From Octopus vulgaris (Eukaryota): a stretch of DNA of 64,000 nucleotides. Of this stretch, positions 1 to 14,893 are shown in pieces. The stretch is taken from the NCBI GenBank assembly GCA_951406725.2, contig OX597820.1, positions 120,342,001 to 120,406,000 of the forward strand, written 5' to 3'. The position numbers were made by a program, and so were the translations under genes. Position 1 is the first letter of the stretch. Every line of letters begins with the position of its first letter. The notes under the pieces were generated by a model. It was not told the DNA's origin. It worked only from the letters and a program-made list of their open reading frames with translations, and ran no database searches.

Positions 1-82
<82 letters not shown>
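1..82. repeat. (TA)n followed by (TG)n microsatellite
   Basis: Direct reading of the sequence. Confidence 0.95.
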
Positions 83-84
<2 letters not shown>

Positions 85-895
85 ATTAAATGCGTGTATA
101 TGTGTGCATGCATATATACACTTATGTATAGACACTTTTTCACAACCGTACTACACTGTTATGGTATTCGCATAAAGAACGCAAACAGAAACAAACACCG
201 TTACTTTGTCTTGTTTTATCACGCACCTGTCCACACATTAATTCAAACACTTTTATATAGAATCATGCATGTTTTATCACAAGCTACGTTTAGACAACCA
301 GACAGGACATATTTGTTAAATATAATGCGTATACAAGATATTTTTATATATATAATCACGCACACACAAACACACACATGCACACACACACACACACACT
401 TGCACACATATTTATATAGTCTGAAATAAAATTTTAAAAATGTTTAAGAAAATTAATAAACTTCAATAATGAAAGCGAGCAACGAAGAGAACAAAGTTAG
501 GGAATTAATTAACATTATAGTAAATTAGCAGTGAATAGATAACGCTACATCTGTTCAGATTGGAAACAAGATCAGTGGCTTTATTTAATTACTCGCAGAC
601 AGAGATTAGAGACGAAAAGCATGGCGCAATTATTTTCATCCACCATCCTATACAAACATTATGGCAACCAGCTCTGCCACATCAATACCATTCCGATTCC
701 AGCATTAATTTCAAAATAAAAGTAAATAGAAATTAATATTTGTATCTATCTTGTCTGTACTTCCAACTAATTATTCTCGTTCGCCACTTTCGCCCCTCCC
801 ACTCCTTCTCTGTCTGTCTATCATTCTCTTTCTTTCTCATTCTCATTCTTTCTCATTCTCATTCTCTTTCTCTCTCTTTCTCTCTCTCTCTCAAG

Positions 896-1245
<350 letters not shown>

Positions 1246-1674
1246 ACATATACACACAGATATGTTTGTATGTATGCATGTGAATATGACTTTTCTCTCT
1301 TCAAATATTTTGAGATATACCACCATGGTCATTCTGGAGCACCAACTTGAATTTGTACCATTTCGACAGCCTTCATATATGGTTGATCTCTTCTACGTGG
1401 TAGAATTTCACATCACCAATCTTGCGTGTGCACTTCTCCTGGTTCTTGACTGAATTGATGTAAAACGGTGTTTTAGTGTAAAATAGTCATGCAGCTGCCC
1501 ACAAAAATATATTTCATTCGGGACGTGGTTATTTCTGGTCTCGTAGAAAGAACAATATTGAGTTCCGTTTTGAAGACATTTACAATCTCCCTGTGTTGAT
1601 TTCTTAATTCCTTTCAGAGAGCATTGTTGGCAAGTGGACCTGTGGATGGGAGTGGGCAGTATTTTTGGAGTATA

Positions 1675-2180
<506 letters not shown>

Positions 2181-2189
2181 ATGAATGCA

Positions 2190-2227
<38 letters not shown>

Positions 2228-3270
2228 CGAAAGAAGGTTTGGAAATGCAATTTAGAAGATGTTTATTCATTTGACCGGTTTCACTTCTTTAGAAAAAATT
2301 GTCAAAAGTAAAATGTAAAAGCTTCGTAAAGGCTTTGTTGTGTTAAGTACTGGTTCTCACCAAATATTACAATGCATATATACATTCTTTCATAATAATA
2401 AGAACATGTTAAAAAGTTCATTAAAATATTAAGATTTCATTAAAAATCATGTTTGTTTGGAAGTATCTATATATATACACAGAAAATTATAAGTTCAATA
2501 AGGTCATAATTTGGTGGTATATATATATACTTAGATGGAGATATATTTAGGAGTTTACAAACAATTTGAGATGAACTGACCTGTTTCACCATTTTATCGT
2601 GAAAACGATAAAATTTTGTCGTCTACGTTGTTTTATATAATCTGGTTGAAGTCATGTAGACTTTCTCACCAAGGCATTTGACAACTTTCTAATCTTCCTT
2701 CGACGCGTGGAAATGCTTGTTGTGTCCAACATTTTGGACTTTATGTTAAAAGACATGTTTCAATTTTCTTTTATATGTGTCTGCATGTTTCATTTGGTAT
2801 TATGTTGCAATTTTTCTAACGAATTTTGTAATTTTTACTTTAAATATTTTTGTGGCATGTGAAATAATATTTTGCAATAGTTTCGCCTGGTAAAGACATT
2901 GTAATTGACGAGAGAATATTGTACATATACATAGTAGGGGTTAGTGTCCTGAGGAAGTTTGCAGCTTTCAAATGGACAGCGAAATTTAGAGAAGAGACTT
3001 CTGCTCTTCTATGCATGCAGTATTTTATTGGAGATTAAATTTTCGATTTGTTGCTTTTACAGTATTGTATTAGCATCAGATGATGGTCAGGAGTGTTTAT
3101 TATTTTCTCAATATAATACACAGATACATACACACACACACATATACGTTAATATATATAAATAACCATCCATATATATTTATACACATATATATACATA
3201 CCATCTATCTATCTATCTATCTATCTATCTATATATATATAAATATATACATGTTCAGATTTATATACAT

Positions 3271-3656
3271 CGATGGAAGCACTCCGTCGGTTACGACGAC
3301 GAGGGTTCCGGCTGATCCGATCAACGGAACAGCCTGCTCGTGAAATTAACGTGTAAGTGGCTGAGCACTCCACAGACACGTGTACCCTTAACGCAGTTCT
3401 CGGGGATATTCAGCGTGACGCAGAGAGTGACAAGGCCGGCCCTTTGAAATACAGGTACAACAGAAACAGGAAGTAAGAGTGAGAGAAAGTTGTCGTGAAA
3501 GAGTACAGCAGGGATCACCACCATCCCTGCCGGAGCCCCGTGGAGCTTTATGTGTTTTCGCTCAATAAACACTCACAACGCCCGCTCTGGGAATCGAAAC
3601 CGCGATCCTACGACTGCGAGTCCGTTGTCCTAACCACTGGGCCATTGCGCCTCCAC
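3271..3656 (-). mobile_element. tRNA-derived SINE family C (tail type 1), full length with 11-bp TSD
   Basis: Minus head tggaggcgcaatggcccagtggttagg..ggtttcgattccc; tttatatacat duplicated at 3260-3270 and 3657-3667. Confidence 0.85.
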
Positions 3657-4079
3657 TTTATATACATATATGTATGCACAAAGACACACACAAAGACACA
3701 CACACACACACAAATATATATATATGTACGTATGTATATTCATATGAATATATAACTACATACATATATGGGATTTTCTATCAACTTTTGCCCATTTATA
3801 TTTTTAATCAGCGGAGATTTATACGAGTGCCTCAAGGGTCGAGGTTTTCGTGCGTGCCACTTAACAAATTGAATTCTAATATGAGCTCCTTTTGTTATAT
3901 AGAAGATATAAAAACTATTTTGGGGATGTTCAACTGCTAAATATTAATATTAACGAGTAATGATGAATTTGCGAATTTCAAAAGAGTCTGTTCTCTACAA
4001 CTGACACGAGATAAAATGCAAAGACATACATCCATAAGCATTCAAACATATACGAATATTTCCACATAAAAACATGAGT

Positions 4080-4280
4080 ATACATATACATACATGCATA
4101 CATACATACATATATACATACACACATACATTCATACATACATACATACATACATACATACATACATACATTCATACACACATACATACATACATACACA
4201 CATACATACATACATACATACATACATACATACACACATACATACATACATACATACATACATGCATACATACATACATA
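4080..4280. repeat. (CATA)n tetranucleotide microsatellite
   Basis: Direct reading. Confidence 0.9.
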
Positions 4281-4354
4281 TATAGTTTTGCACATACACA
4301 AACACACACAAGCACACACACATATATATATGTTATATATATATATATATATGT

Positions 4355-4570
4355 TATTCAAAATGTGATCACGTGTGTATAGTTGGCGATTTTTTCCTCC
4401 GTCTTCCCTTCCTTGGATCTTTCCTTTTCCTACGTTTCTGACGAAGAGCCCCGCTCCAAACGTTAAATCCCCCATCTTTCTTTCCTTTCCCGAGCGTCCA
4501 ATAACACCATACTTGTTCCACGTCCTCGCGTTGTGTTTTCTCTTTGTGTTTTCATGTTTAGATTAACTTT
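4355..4570 (+). mobile_element. Short Penelope-like-derived element P1 with minimal hammerhead-like motif (4434-4468)
   Basis: gttt-ctgacga-agagccccgctc-caaa-cgtt-aaat (GAAA mutated here); flanked by TA repeats; homologues at 22675-22885(-) and 35255-35397(+). Confidence 0.65.
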
Positions 4571-4586
4571 ATGTATATATATATAT

Positions 4587-4988
4587 CTTTTACTCTTTTA
4601 CTTTTTTCAGTCATTTGACTGCGGCCATGCTGGAGCACCGCCTTTAGTCGAGCAAATCGACCCCGGGACTTATTCTTTGTAAGCCCAGTACTTATTCTAT
4701 CGGTGTCTTTTGCCGAACCGCTAAGTGACGGGGACATAAACACACCAGCATCGGTTGTCAAGCAATGCTAGGGGGACAAACACAGACACACAAACATATA
4801 CACACGCACTTATATATATATACATATATACGACAGGCTTCTTTCAGTTTCCGTCCACAAAATCCACTCACAAGGCATTGGTCGACCCGGGGCTATAGCA
4901 GAGGACACTTGCCCAAGATGCCATGCAGTGGGACTGAACCCGGAACCATGTGGTTGGTTAGCAAGCTACTTACCACACAGCCACTCCT
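4587..4988 (-). mobile_element. SINE family A
   Basis: Reverse complement of family A head, core and tail. Confidence 0.9.
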
Positions 4989-5686
4989 ATATATATATAT
5001 ATATATATATATCTTCATGTGTTTACGTGGAAACATACAGCTGAAGATACGCACTGCCATACAACTACTTGGCATAGGTATTCATATGAGATAAAAGAAA
5101 GAAAATGTGACTTCTACAAAAAACAATTAGGAATGACTTGGGTTCAGGCCATTCAAACTAATCCTCATTATCACTTACTTATACGTACCATCCACGTAGG
5201 TACGCACATATCTTTATTCAAAAGTAAACACACACAGATAGGTACATACATACAGAGACACGCGCAAACACACAGGCACACACTGACAACAACAACAACA
5301 AACCACGCATATAGACTGACACACACATATATAGAAGTGTGCCCATAAATAAATGAATGCTTCAATCTTAGTAATTTGCGCACTGCTCATGCATTAAAAC
5401 ATATAATGAGATCAAATAAATTAAAACAATGAGAAATGTATTCGCATTGAGGAAATGGTAATTTAAAAAGTGAATATATATATTTAAAAAAAAATTCATT
5501 GTCAATGGTTTTGAAACAGAATGAGAAATAACGTCACATTACCTATCGAACAAAACAATGTGGTTCTACAATCTATGAAACGTGACGGCCATGTGTGCAT
5601 ACAGATATATAAGTGTACTAGCACACACAAGAATGTTAATGTTATTGAAGGAGTAGATCATATTGAAGGCGATTTGTGTAAAACTG

Positions 5687-5742
<56 letters not shown>

Positions 5743-5794
5743 TATATGTATGTATATTCATCCAAGTATATATACATATATATATATATATATA

Positions 5795-5995
5795 GGGAGA
5801 GTTTACGAAAGAAACAAAAGACGAAGGCAGGTGGTGTACAAAACAAAGAGATGTATTAGTATAACGCTCAGGGAAAGAAAAAAGTCTTTTACATTTCGAG
5901 CCTACGCTCTTCTACAGAAAGGGATACAGAGAGAAAGAAGGAGAGAACAAAGGAGACAAAAAAAGGAGAGGAAAACACAAGGAGAAAAAAGGAGA

Positions 5996-5998
<3 letters not shown>
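5795..5998 (-). mobile_element. Short Penelope-like-derived element P2 with minimal hammerhead-like motif (5886-5921)
   Basis: Minus: cttt-ctgtaga-agagcgtaggctc-gaaa-tgta-aaag; embedded between TA runs; homologue at 61953-62113(+). Confidence 0.65.
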
Positions 5999-6054
<56 letters not shown>

Positions 6055-6469
6055 TTTTACTGCGTATAATAGCACATGAAAGGAACCAGCAATATATAAA
6101 TATATTGTGGCTTAGAATATACAAGCGGAATGTTTTGTCGAAATGTAACATCTCCCTGCATGTAGCGTACATGTGTGTAGGTGGGATGTGTTGTGTAAGC
6201 GTCGATAACAGTAGGCAATTAAATGAAAGAAATATAACTATCGGATGTGTGAAAGCCTCCTGAGATAGCAAAATTCGATGCGGCATCTACTGTAGGGTAG
6301 CTCGCATATACAAATGTAGAATAATCTTCGTTTCGTACGGGAAAGAAGAAAACAATTGTAATTTCTAATTGTATATCCACTGTGGGCCATAAAGAAATAA
6401 ATTCATAATGATATAGCTTGCAAGTTTGTTTAATATGAATATAGGCGTAGGAGTGGCTGTGTGGTAAGT

Positions 6470-6659
6470 CCTGAAGCACTCCGTCGGTTACGACGACGAG
6501 GGTTCCGGTTGATCCGAATCAACAGAACAGCCTGCTCGTGAAATTAACGTGTAAGTGGCTGAGCACTCCACAGACACGTGTACCCTTAACGTAGTTCTCG
6601 GGGATATTCAGCGTGACACAGAGAGTGACAAGGCCGGTCCTTTGAAATACAGGTACAAC
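6470..6659 (-). mobile_element. 5'-truncated family C SINE tail flanked by a 77-bp direct duplication
   Basis: Matches 3276-3466; flanks 6393-6469 and 6660-6736 are near-identical. Confidence 0.85.
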
Positions 6660-6710
6660 AGAAATAAATTTATAATTATATAGCTTGCAAGTTTGTTTAA
6701 TATGAATATA

Positions 6711-7098
6711 GGCGTAGGAGTGGCTGTGTGATAAGTAGCTTGTTTACGATCAACATGGTTCCGGGTTCAGTCCCACTGCGTGCCACCTTGGGCAAGTGTC
6801 TTCTAGTATAGCCTCGGGTCGACCAAAGCCTTGTGAGTGGATTTGGTAGACAGAAACTGAAAGAAGCCCGTCGTATATATGTATACATATGTGTGTGTGT
6901 GTGCTTGTGTGTTTGTGTCTCCCCACCCCCAACAACATCGCTTGACAACCGATGCTGGTGTGTTTACGTCCTCGTAACTTAGCGGTTCGGCAAAAGCGAC
7001 CGATAGAATAAGTACTAGCCTTACAAAGAATAAGTCCTGGGGGCGATTTGCTCGACTAAAGGCGGTGCTCCAGCATGGTCACAATCAAATGACTGAAA
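6711..7098 (+). mobile_element. SINE family A
   Basis: ggcgtaggagtggctgtgtg head to gactgaaa tail. Confidence 0.9.
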
Positions 7099-7426
7099 TA
7101 TATATTGAATTTTGGGGATAATTTTGTCATGGCGGGGAGTGTGCAAATGTGACCATTGATATCCCAATTACTTTTCCTAAATCTCAGATTTTAATTTTTA
7201 ATTGCAATTTGCAGAAAATACTATTACCTACTCTATATAAGAAAGGGATGATTAGATTTAAAATAAGTTTGATAAACAGCATGTACGAATATACTGCTCT
7301 CGAGTCTCTTTTGGTGTTTGTTCTCTTTGGAGTAATATACTCAACATAGTGACCGTTTCGAACATAAATTTTGAAACCGAACCAAAACAAAATCGTCTTG
7401 AGGTGTTATGATAACTGTAAAATAAA

Positions 7427-9017
7427 GTAAAATAAAACAGACCAAAAATACAAAACACAAACTTCATACCTAAGACGAAATGTTGCCAAACATTTGGGCC
7501 AATATATATTGTCCACGTACAGACCCAAAACATTGGCTGCAATAAACATGCATCCAAACATTTGGGCCAATATCTTGTCCATGTGTAGCTCCAAAACTTT
7601 GTCTGCGATAATCATGGCAGAACTACCATAATCCAAGCAGAACGAAATTGTTCCAGAAATATATAAAGTTGCATGGAATATTGTCTGCAGTTTGCAAGAT
7701 GAAGTCCTGATGAATAAAGAATAAAGAGAATAAAGAGATAATCGCAGATTCCAGAATTTGAAACAGGTGTAAAGTTACGACTGGAATAAAAAGAATATAT
7801 GACCTTGACATAGATTAACAGTTAACTTCTAACAATCGTGTTTACTTGCTACAAACCTTAGCCATTTGAATCAAGCTCTAAATGCATAAAAAGTGTCAGA
7901 GACGGACAGGAAATAATTCTACGAGTGTAAAGAAAAACAATTATGGAAATGATTTCCACGTTTCCTTGTACGGTGATATATCAATGGATTACCCTTCATT
8001 AATTCATTTCTGAAGGGTGTACCAACACTTGCAAGAACATGATTAAATTGGCTAAGTATTTACTTGAGATCAGTCAAATATTCTTCGTGGTTATAGCAGC
8101 AGGCATACTCTACGTGGATCAATAAAGGAATTATTGTGCATTGTAATTTAGAAAATGCAGACAACAAAGGTATATTAATAAACACCTCTGCTAATATTTT
8201 AAATATAGTAACCGAGATTAAGCTCGAAAAGAATTTACAAATAATTAGAAATTAAAGAAGTAGATAGCGTGCGGTACAAAGACACAGGAAATAATTTCTT
8301 TTGAAATAAAATTACAGAACTAATTAGATTAAAACTTAAAGCAGAGGTGTAAAAATAATAAGGTAACTCTAGATATTGGAAGAATTAATTATCACGATAA
8401 TCGCTGGACGACCAACCAATTAATAAGAAAAGATAGAAAAAGAAGCAAAAATATTCCTGCCTGAAGAAAATACTAGTAAAAATCTGCCGGAGGAAGATCT
8501 GTTCTCAACATTCAAAAGAATGCCATAAATAATAACTAGGGACATATTAAAGCAAGTATGAAAATGGAGCAAGACTAACAGTTGTTTCATGTCTTCAAGT
8601 CAGTCACTATTAGAGACGTCGAGACGAGAACAAAAAAAATTGAACATTGATAAAAAAAATGCCATACAAATTTGAGAACTGTACAACATGAATTTTTTAT
8701 TGTAATAAAAAATCACCTAGATAAACAAAAGTAAAAATAAAGGAAGAACTTCCCGAGGCTTCAAAATAGGATTGCGATCTAGATTTTTCGAAATATAAAA
8801 TCTGAAGCAACAAAAAAATCTACCAGTAGATGAGGTAATATTTGTTAGTAACAATGAATAAGTATTTGATAATAGAGAATATTTATGTTTGGAGACATAA
8901 TTATTGCAGCTAATGTTTTGGGTTTGTGAGTGGACAAGTTATTGGCGCAAATGTTTGGCCTCATTTCGTCATAGGTATGAAGTTTGTGTTTTGTATTTTT
9001 GGTCTGTTTTATTTTAC
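7427..9017. repeat. Pair of ~135-bp inverted repeats (7427-7561 / 8885-9017) bracketing ~1.3 kb
   Basis: gtaaaataaaacagaccaaaaatacaaaacacaaacttcatacc at 7427 and its reverse complement ending at 9017; both give RYEVCVLYFWSVLFY in opposite-strand ORFs. Confidence 0.8.
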
Positions 9018-9133
9018 CTTTTTTTTTTACTCTGGGACTTATATTCATCGGAATGCATGGAATATGAAATAATGACAAAACTAGACGGTACAAAGCTACA
9101 CCATGCATACAGACCTTGTATAAAAACATGTGA

Positions 9134-9455
9134 AGGCGCATGGCTTAGTGGTTAGCGCATTTGACTCACGATTATAAGGTCGTGAGTTCAATTCCTGGCG
9201 ACGTGTCGTGTCCTTGAGCAAGACACTTTATTTCACGTTGCACCAGTCCACCCAAGTGACAAAAATGAGTTGTACCTGTATTTCAAAGGGCCACCTTGTC
9301 ATACTCTGTGTCACGCTGAATTTCCCTGAGAACTACATTAAGGGTACACGTGTCCGTGGAGTGCTCAGCCACTTGCACGTTAATTTCACGAGCAGGCTGT
9401 TCCGTTGATCGAATCCGCTGGAACCCTTATCATCGTAACCGACCGAGTGCTCTTT
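9134..9455 (+). mobile_element. tRNA-derived SINE (head D with gtgtccttgagcaagacactt domain, tail type 1)
   Basis: ggcgcatggcttagtggttag..gagttcaattcc head; 3' part shared with family C; imperfect 13-bp TSD taaaaacatgtga / taaagacatatga. Confidence 0.8.
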
Positions 9456-10610
9456 TAAAGACATATGACCATATCTTGAGAAATACTCCTTTCCAAATAT
9501 ACAGGCAGTATTGTGAATCGGTTGTTATGTCTGCTCACTGTCATTGGGAAGAGGAGGGCATGTAAAGATCGATAAATGACTCTCCTCTATGATATAACAT
9601 AATTCTAAGAGACATAACGAAAATATCTGAGAGAGCGAGAAATACTTCGTTCAACAGAAACCTATTGTTGAAGAGAGAATCCAGGAAATAATAAACAACT
9701 TGAAAAATATTCAAATAATTACACTTAGATAACGAGGAGGTGACGTTTCAACCATAGAAATAAGCCCTACAAGAATATGTAAAATGGCAATGATTAAAAA
9801 TGTGGAATATAACCCCACGATGTGAATACATACAATACACGTGCAATAGAGAACAAACAAGTGGTATTTGTGTTTTACTTCAAATACATAGAATTCGATA
9901 GTGAAGAAAAAATTTCATAACGCAAAGCATAAATATGAGCGTATTTCTGTGATAAAAGCATGCAATAAAGATTAATCTTTTGATATAATTATATTCACAA
10001 TAAGAATGCTTCTACGAATATAAAATAAAAGCAATGTATGCATGAAGAAATGCTTATTTCTTTTCTTTTATATTTGGATATTTGTCCGAATTTCTTTATT
10101 TTTGTATTGCACTTAATCGGCGTTTTTAAGTATCAATTATTTCTCCTCTGTTTCAAGGTTCAGAAATTTAGATCGATGCAATTAAATACCTGTACAATGC
10201 GAATTACAATAATTCTTTCTAAATCAAAGAATGTGCCTGAATATATATTTATTGCACACTCTTCTTCCTTTACATCTCATAGGCGTTCTTTACCTTTGTG
10301 AAATGAACCAGAATCCGACAGCCTGCAAATTCAATATCGGGAAAGAGCGAGCGAGTTTCTTCATTCTCATCAGCATAGTAGAAACAGTAACTGTTTCGTC
10401 TTCAACGAAAGCTTATTGCTTTACAAAAGAAATGACACACCGAGTTAAGTGTTACAAGCGACATGGGGAAGACTAATACAAAATGGTGTCATGAACAAGA
10501 TTGATTTCTCTGTTGCTTCTTTCACAGTAATTGAATTTTTATCTAGATTGTAACGAGGAAATGATTCCTGGTGGCAAAGTGTTGATTTGTGTAATGTCAG
10601 CTGACATGGA

Positions 10611-10784
10611 CTCAGGTGTGGTTATGCGGCAAGACGTTTGTTTATTAACTACATGGTTCTGGCTCAGTGCCACTGCGTGGCATTTTGGGCAAGCGGCATC
10701 TTGAGCTGCAGGATCTCAAAAGTCTTGCAAGTGTATTTGGTAAACAGAAACTGAAAGAATCTCGTCGTATGTGTATATATATAT

Positions 10785-10817
<33 letters not shown>

Positions 10818-10830
10818 ATGCGTGTGTGTG
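10611..10830 (+). mobile_element. Degenerate 5' half of SINE family A
   Basis: catggttctggctcagtgccactgcgtggcattttgggcaag..aaactgaaagaa. Confidence 0.7.
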
Positions 10831-11776
10831 TTTCTTGAATATTAAAAAAGTTGCAAGACGCAACGAAAATTTTAGGAAAATAAAAATAAGAAATAAGTGG
10901 AAATTTCACCAGTGAGTGTGTAACATTATAAGGCACAAAAAGAAAATGACTCTCCCCAGACACATGATAATATGTTTCAACACACGAACTCATATTAAGA
11001 ATCTTGCAAACCAAATCCAAAAACGAAACCCAAAACGAAACCCCAAAATTATCAAAGGAAAATTATTTTTCCTGAAATGCACCATTTTAGATTTCTCGGG
11101 ATGTGTAGAGTTAGGTTGAACTAGATTCTCGGTAATTCTGGAAAGAGTTTTATGTCTTCATTCTGGGGTCATTTGAAACTAACACACGCGACAGGTTGCA
11201 GAAAATGCACTAACACAACATGGTGTCGTACCGTTTGTTTTACTGGATTTTCCTAATGTTTGACCGCAATCTAAAATAGATGTACACTTTGCTTCAGAGA
11301 TATTTCGTTATTGTGTGTTATTGTTTGAAACGATAATTGTTCTGACACTTACGTCACTGTTATGTCACTCAACACAGTTGATTGTTGTTCTGCTGGCAAA
11401 CGTTTCTTTAGATTTACCCTTTATAGCCTAAACACCCGCCTAACCATTATCGTCGCAATTGACCAGGGACCCAGGGCAGTAAACTGCATAACCACTTCCA
11501 CCACATTATCATTCTTTTATCATCTTTATCCCCATTCTCCTTATAATCATTATCACGTTAAGGATTTCATATTCAACGCTAGCGTCAACGAATAAGAAAA
11601 TGATTATTATCGTCAATAACAGTATTATGATAATAATAATTTGGAATGGTATTATCAGAATATTTACATTTGTATTAATCTACAACGAAAGAGAGTGTGA
11701 GAGAGGAATTAAGATCGATATTGCAGGAATGAGGAAGAGTTATATACATGTCTATATTTCGGAAAATCTCTATATA

Positions 11777-11810
<34 letters not shown>

Positions 11811-12700
11811 CTGACTGGGTATTGAATGTGGACGTAATATACCTTGACTTTTGATGAAGTGGATCATGGTGTGATAGGCCACAAAATGAGTAATCTCGAC
11901 ATATTTGGAAAACTTGGAGAGTGGTTATATGACTTTCTGAAAGATAGAAGTCAGGCAGTAGTGGCCAATGGAGCCATATCAAGGAACGCACAAATAGTGA
12001 GCAGTGTTCTACAAGGCACTGTCTTGAGACCACTGCTTTGCATAGTGGTCTTCTCACATATTACCTCAGTTGCCCAGATAGCTACCTTTGCTAGCTACGC
12101 AGACGATACGAAAGTCTCACAGAAAATACAGAACCCTAGCGATGTTGCACACCTGCAACAGGAGTTGGACTCAATTTGCAGATGGGTTGAGGACAATAAT
12201 ATGAAGTGTAATGCTAAAAAGTTCCAAGCCAGGTGCTACCAGCGTCCAAAACTGGATATAAAATTCCGAGAGTAAACTGGTCCACAGGGGATTACAATCC
12301 CAGTGCCTAAATCAATGAGAGACCTGGGTATCGACATGGGTATCTACATGAGTGATGATAGATATCTCTTTCGAAGTGAACATTACCAGGATGGCGACAA
12401 AGAACGTTCAGAACCAGAAAAAGGGAAATAATGATGATCATCTGGAGGACATTCATCCTCAGCCATCCGAACAACTAATCCCAGCTATGGTCACACAACA
12501 GTGTAAAATTAACAGCGGGCGGGTCTTGAAGAAATCCAGCGATCATCTCATTGCAACAGCTCAGCTACTGGGACGGGACCTCTTACTGTCGAGAGTCGGA
12601 GACGGACCTACCTCGCGTCAAGAGATTCAGATGAGAGTTGCGACATCAAAGTCCCTTATTCACCAAATACCACATATTACAAGAGGCACTCCATAATAAC
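11811..12700 (+). pseudogene. CR1/L2-like LINE reverse transcriptase remnant (frameshifted, deleted)
   Basis: NVDVIYLDF / FDEVDHG..WLYDFLKDRSQAVVANG..VLQGTVLRPLL..YADDTKV..LQQELDSICRW..MKCNAKK, then RDLGI; CR1-clade RT motifs. Confidence 0.9.
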
Positions 12701-12756
12701 AGTGTAGCAAAACGTCCGTACCCCAGCATGCTAACAGCTTTGAGCTGAAATTAAGG

Positions 12757-12809
<53 letters not shown>

Positions 12810-12811
<2 letters not shown>

Positions 12812-13401
12812 CGGATAAAATGTTTTCGAAAAAAACATTTTATCAATGGCCAGCATATTAAAAATACCTTAAAGGTTAAATTTATAAACAACTTATAAAC
12901 AAGGGCAAAAGAAAAAAAAAATTAATGCCAAATATGCCGAAATAGACTTAATCGTCAATAACCATATAATTTAACACTATAAGCAGGTATCTCGAAGAAA
13001 ACCGACAGAAATTTCTAAAAAAATTTTTTATATGCTGGCCATTGATAAAATTATTTTTTCGAAAAAAATTTATCCTATATTAGATGTAAATTTAATCGTG
13101 TTCACTTCCGGACTCTCTTGCTCCTTGAGAGTGTTCAGTTTAAATCGCCCGTGTCTCGAATGGGCTGGAGAATTTCTATTTTGGATATATTTGGGGTACT
13201 TAATTGTGCTCGTGGCTTAGTGTTTGCTTCTTTCATGGGTATGAGCAAGTATATCATTTATTCCTTTGCCGCATTTATCACTGACGAAGGGAAGGTTCTT
13301 ACGAACTAACTCTGAAATCGGGTCCAATATGGTAATTGACGATTAAGTCTATTTCGGCATATTTAGCATCAGAAATTTTTTCTTTTTCCCTTGTTTATAA
13401 G
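12810..13401. mobile_element. Head-to-head inverted, circularly permuted element between TA runs with degenerate hammerhead motif (13276-13330, +)
   Basis: 12813-12857 is the reverse complement of 13030-13075 and 12892-12967 of 13327-13401; ctgacga-aggg..gttc ttac gaac..ctct-gaaa-tcgg-gtc; third fragment at 52748-52908. Confidence 0.6.
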
Positions 13402-14029
13402 ATGTATATATATATATATACAGAAATACAGACAGGTACAAAATAAATGCAAATAGTGTTTAGAATTTTGGATGTCAGTTTATACATGTTAAAATCATAA
13501 GATATAACCTACCATCACAAAACAGAATTGCAAACATTTGTTATTGCCTGTATGTAGATCAAAGTTTAAAGTCATATTTCTTTGAAATCTTACAGTTTCA
13601 AATTTGAGTTGACGTAGGCGAATCAGGTATTGTGATGTAATGTACGGATTTATTAAATAGATAAAATTGAACCGAAATAGCCCTCGTATATTTTAAGCAC
13701 CGTTTGCGTGTAAGTTTTGAATGTTTATACCTAGTGAAACATAGCAGTCACCACTGTGCCGGATCTATGGTTTAAATTTGATATTTGCTTATCTACAGGA
13801 ACCCACCAACACCTGACGTATTCAGTGTCAATATCGTTTATTTCAGTTTGTGTGCTAGGCTATAGAACCTCCGCTCTTTCAGGCGTCTAACGAATTGCAT
13901 GATGTGCAGTGATACTTATGAATCCATTTCATAAAATCATATATATATATATAATAAATTAGGGGTCGCATTACTATATTACACCAAACTAGTGGTTCTA
14001 TTATCCGTTGAATTACTGGTAAAAATTGG

Positions 14030-14127
<98 letters not shown>

Positions 14128-14815
14128 ACATTGTGGCAAAATTTATAACAAGTATTGAAGGCAAATGTATAAGTTGTTGAAAGATATTCATCTTCTTGTA
14201 TGGATTCGGATAAAAAATGCTACCGAACGAAATAAGTTGAGGACCAAGTATATAAGGGTGACTGTGACACCAAGTCGAATTAAACGACAGTTTGATCCTT
14301 CATACTGTGTAACTAAATTATAGAAACAATGTTATTATAACGCAAATGGGGCTGGTGTAGAATTCCAAATCCGCTATATGTCTGCAGTTTTGCCAAAGCG
14401 AGAAATCATTATTTTCAAAAACGTTATAGGGACTATTGTATACTTTAGTTATTTTCCGTTTTTTTTCTTTGCGGTGGATTGTGACATTAGTCTTCAGCTT
14501 TTGTTAATATAAATACGCGGTGATTATTTTTTTTTTATTATACATAGATTTCGCAAATACTTTTTTTGTTGTTTTGCTCCTATTATAGATGTTGCAATTA
14601 TTTTATGGTTTATTTTCCTCTTTATTTTTTTTTCTTATTGCATTTGCAGTTTGCTTGATGACATTCATTTGTGCTCATGTAATTACAGAAAAATAACAGT
14701 GGTTAGAAATATATTCTGATAAATCTGCTCTAACCATCTGCGCAAAGAATGAACAACAGCAACGAAGAAATAGAAAATACGATAACAAAATGCAATATAA
14801 AACATACAAACACAC

Positions 14816-14893
<78 letters not shown>

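Noticed and set aside
2262-2900. Minus-strand gaaaccggtc half-motif and possible GIY-YIG remnant
   Set aside because: No CUGANGA partner found and peptide similarity too weak.
10283-10476. Possible exon after a pyrimidine-rich AG acceptor
   Set aside because: No recognisable protein, frame ends in a stop, no supporting neighbouring exons.
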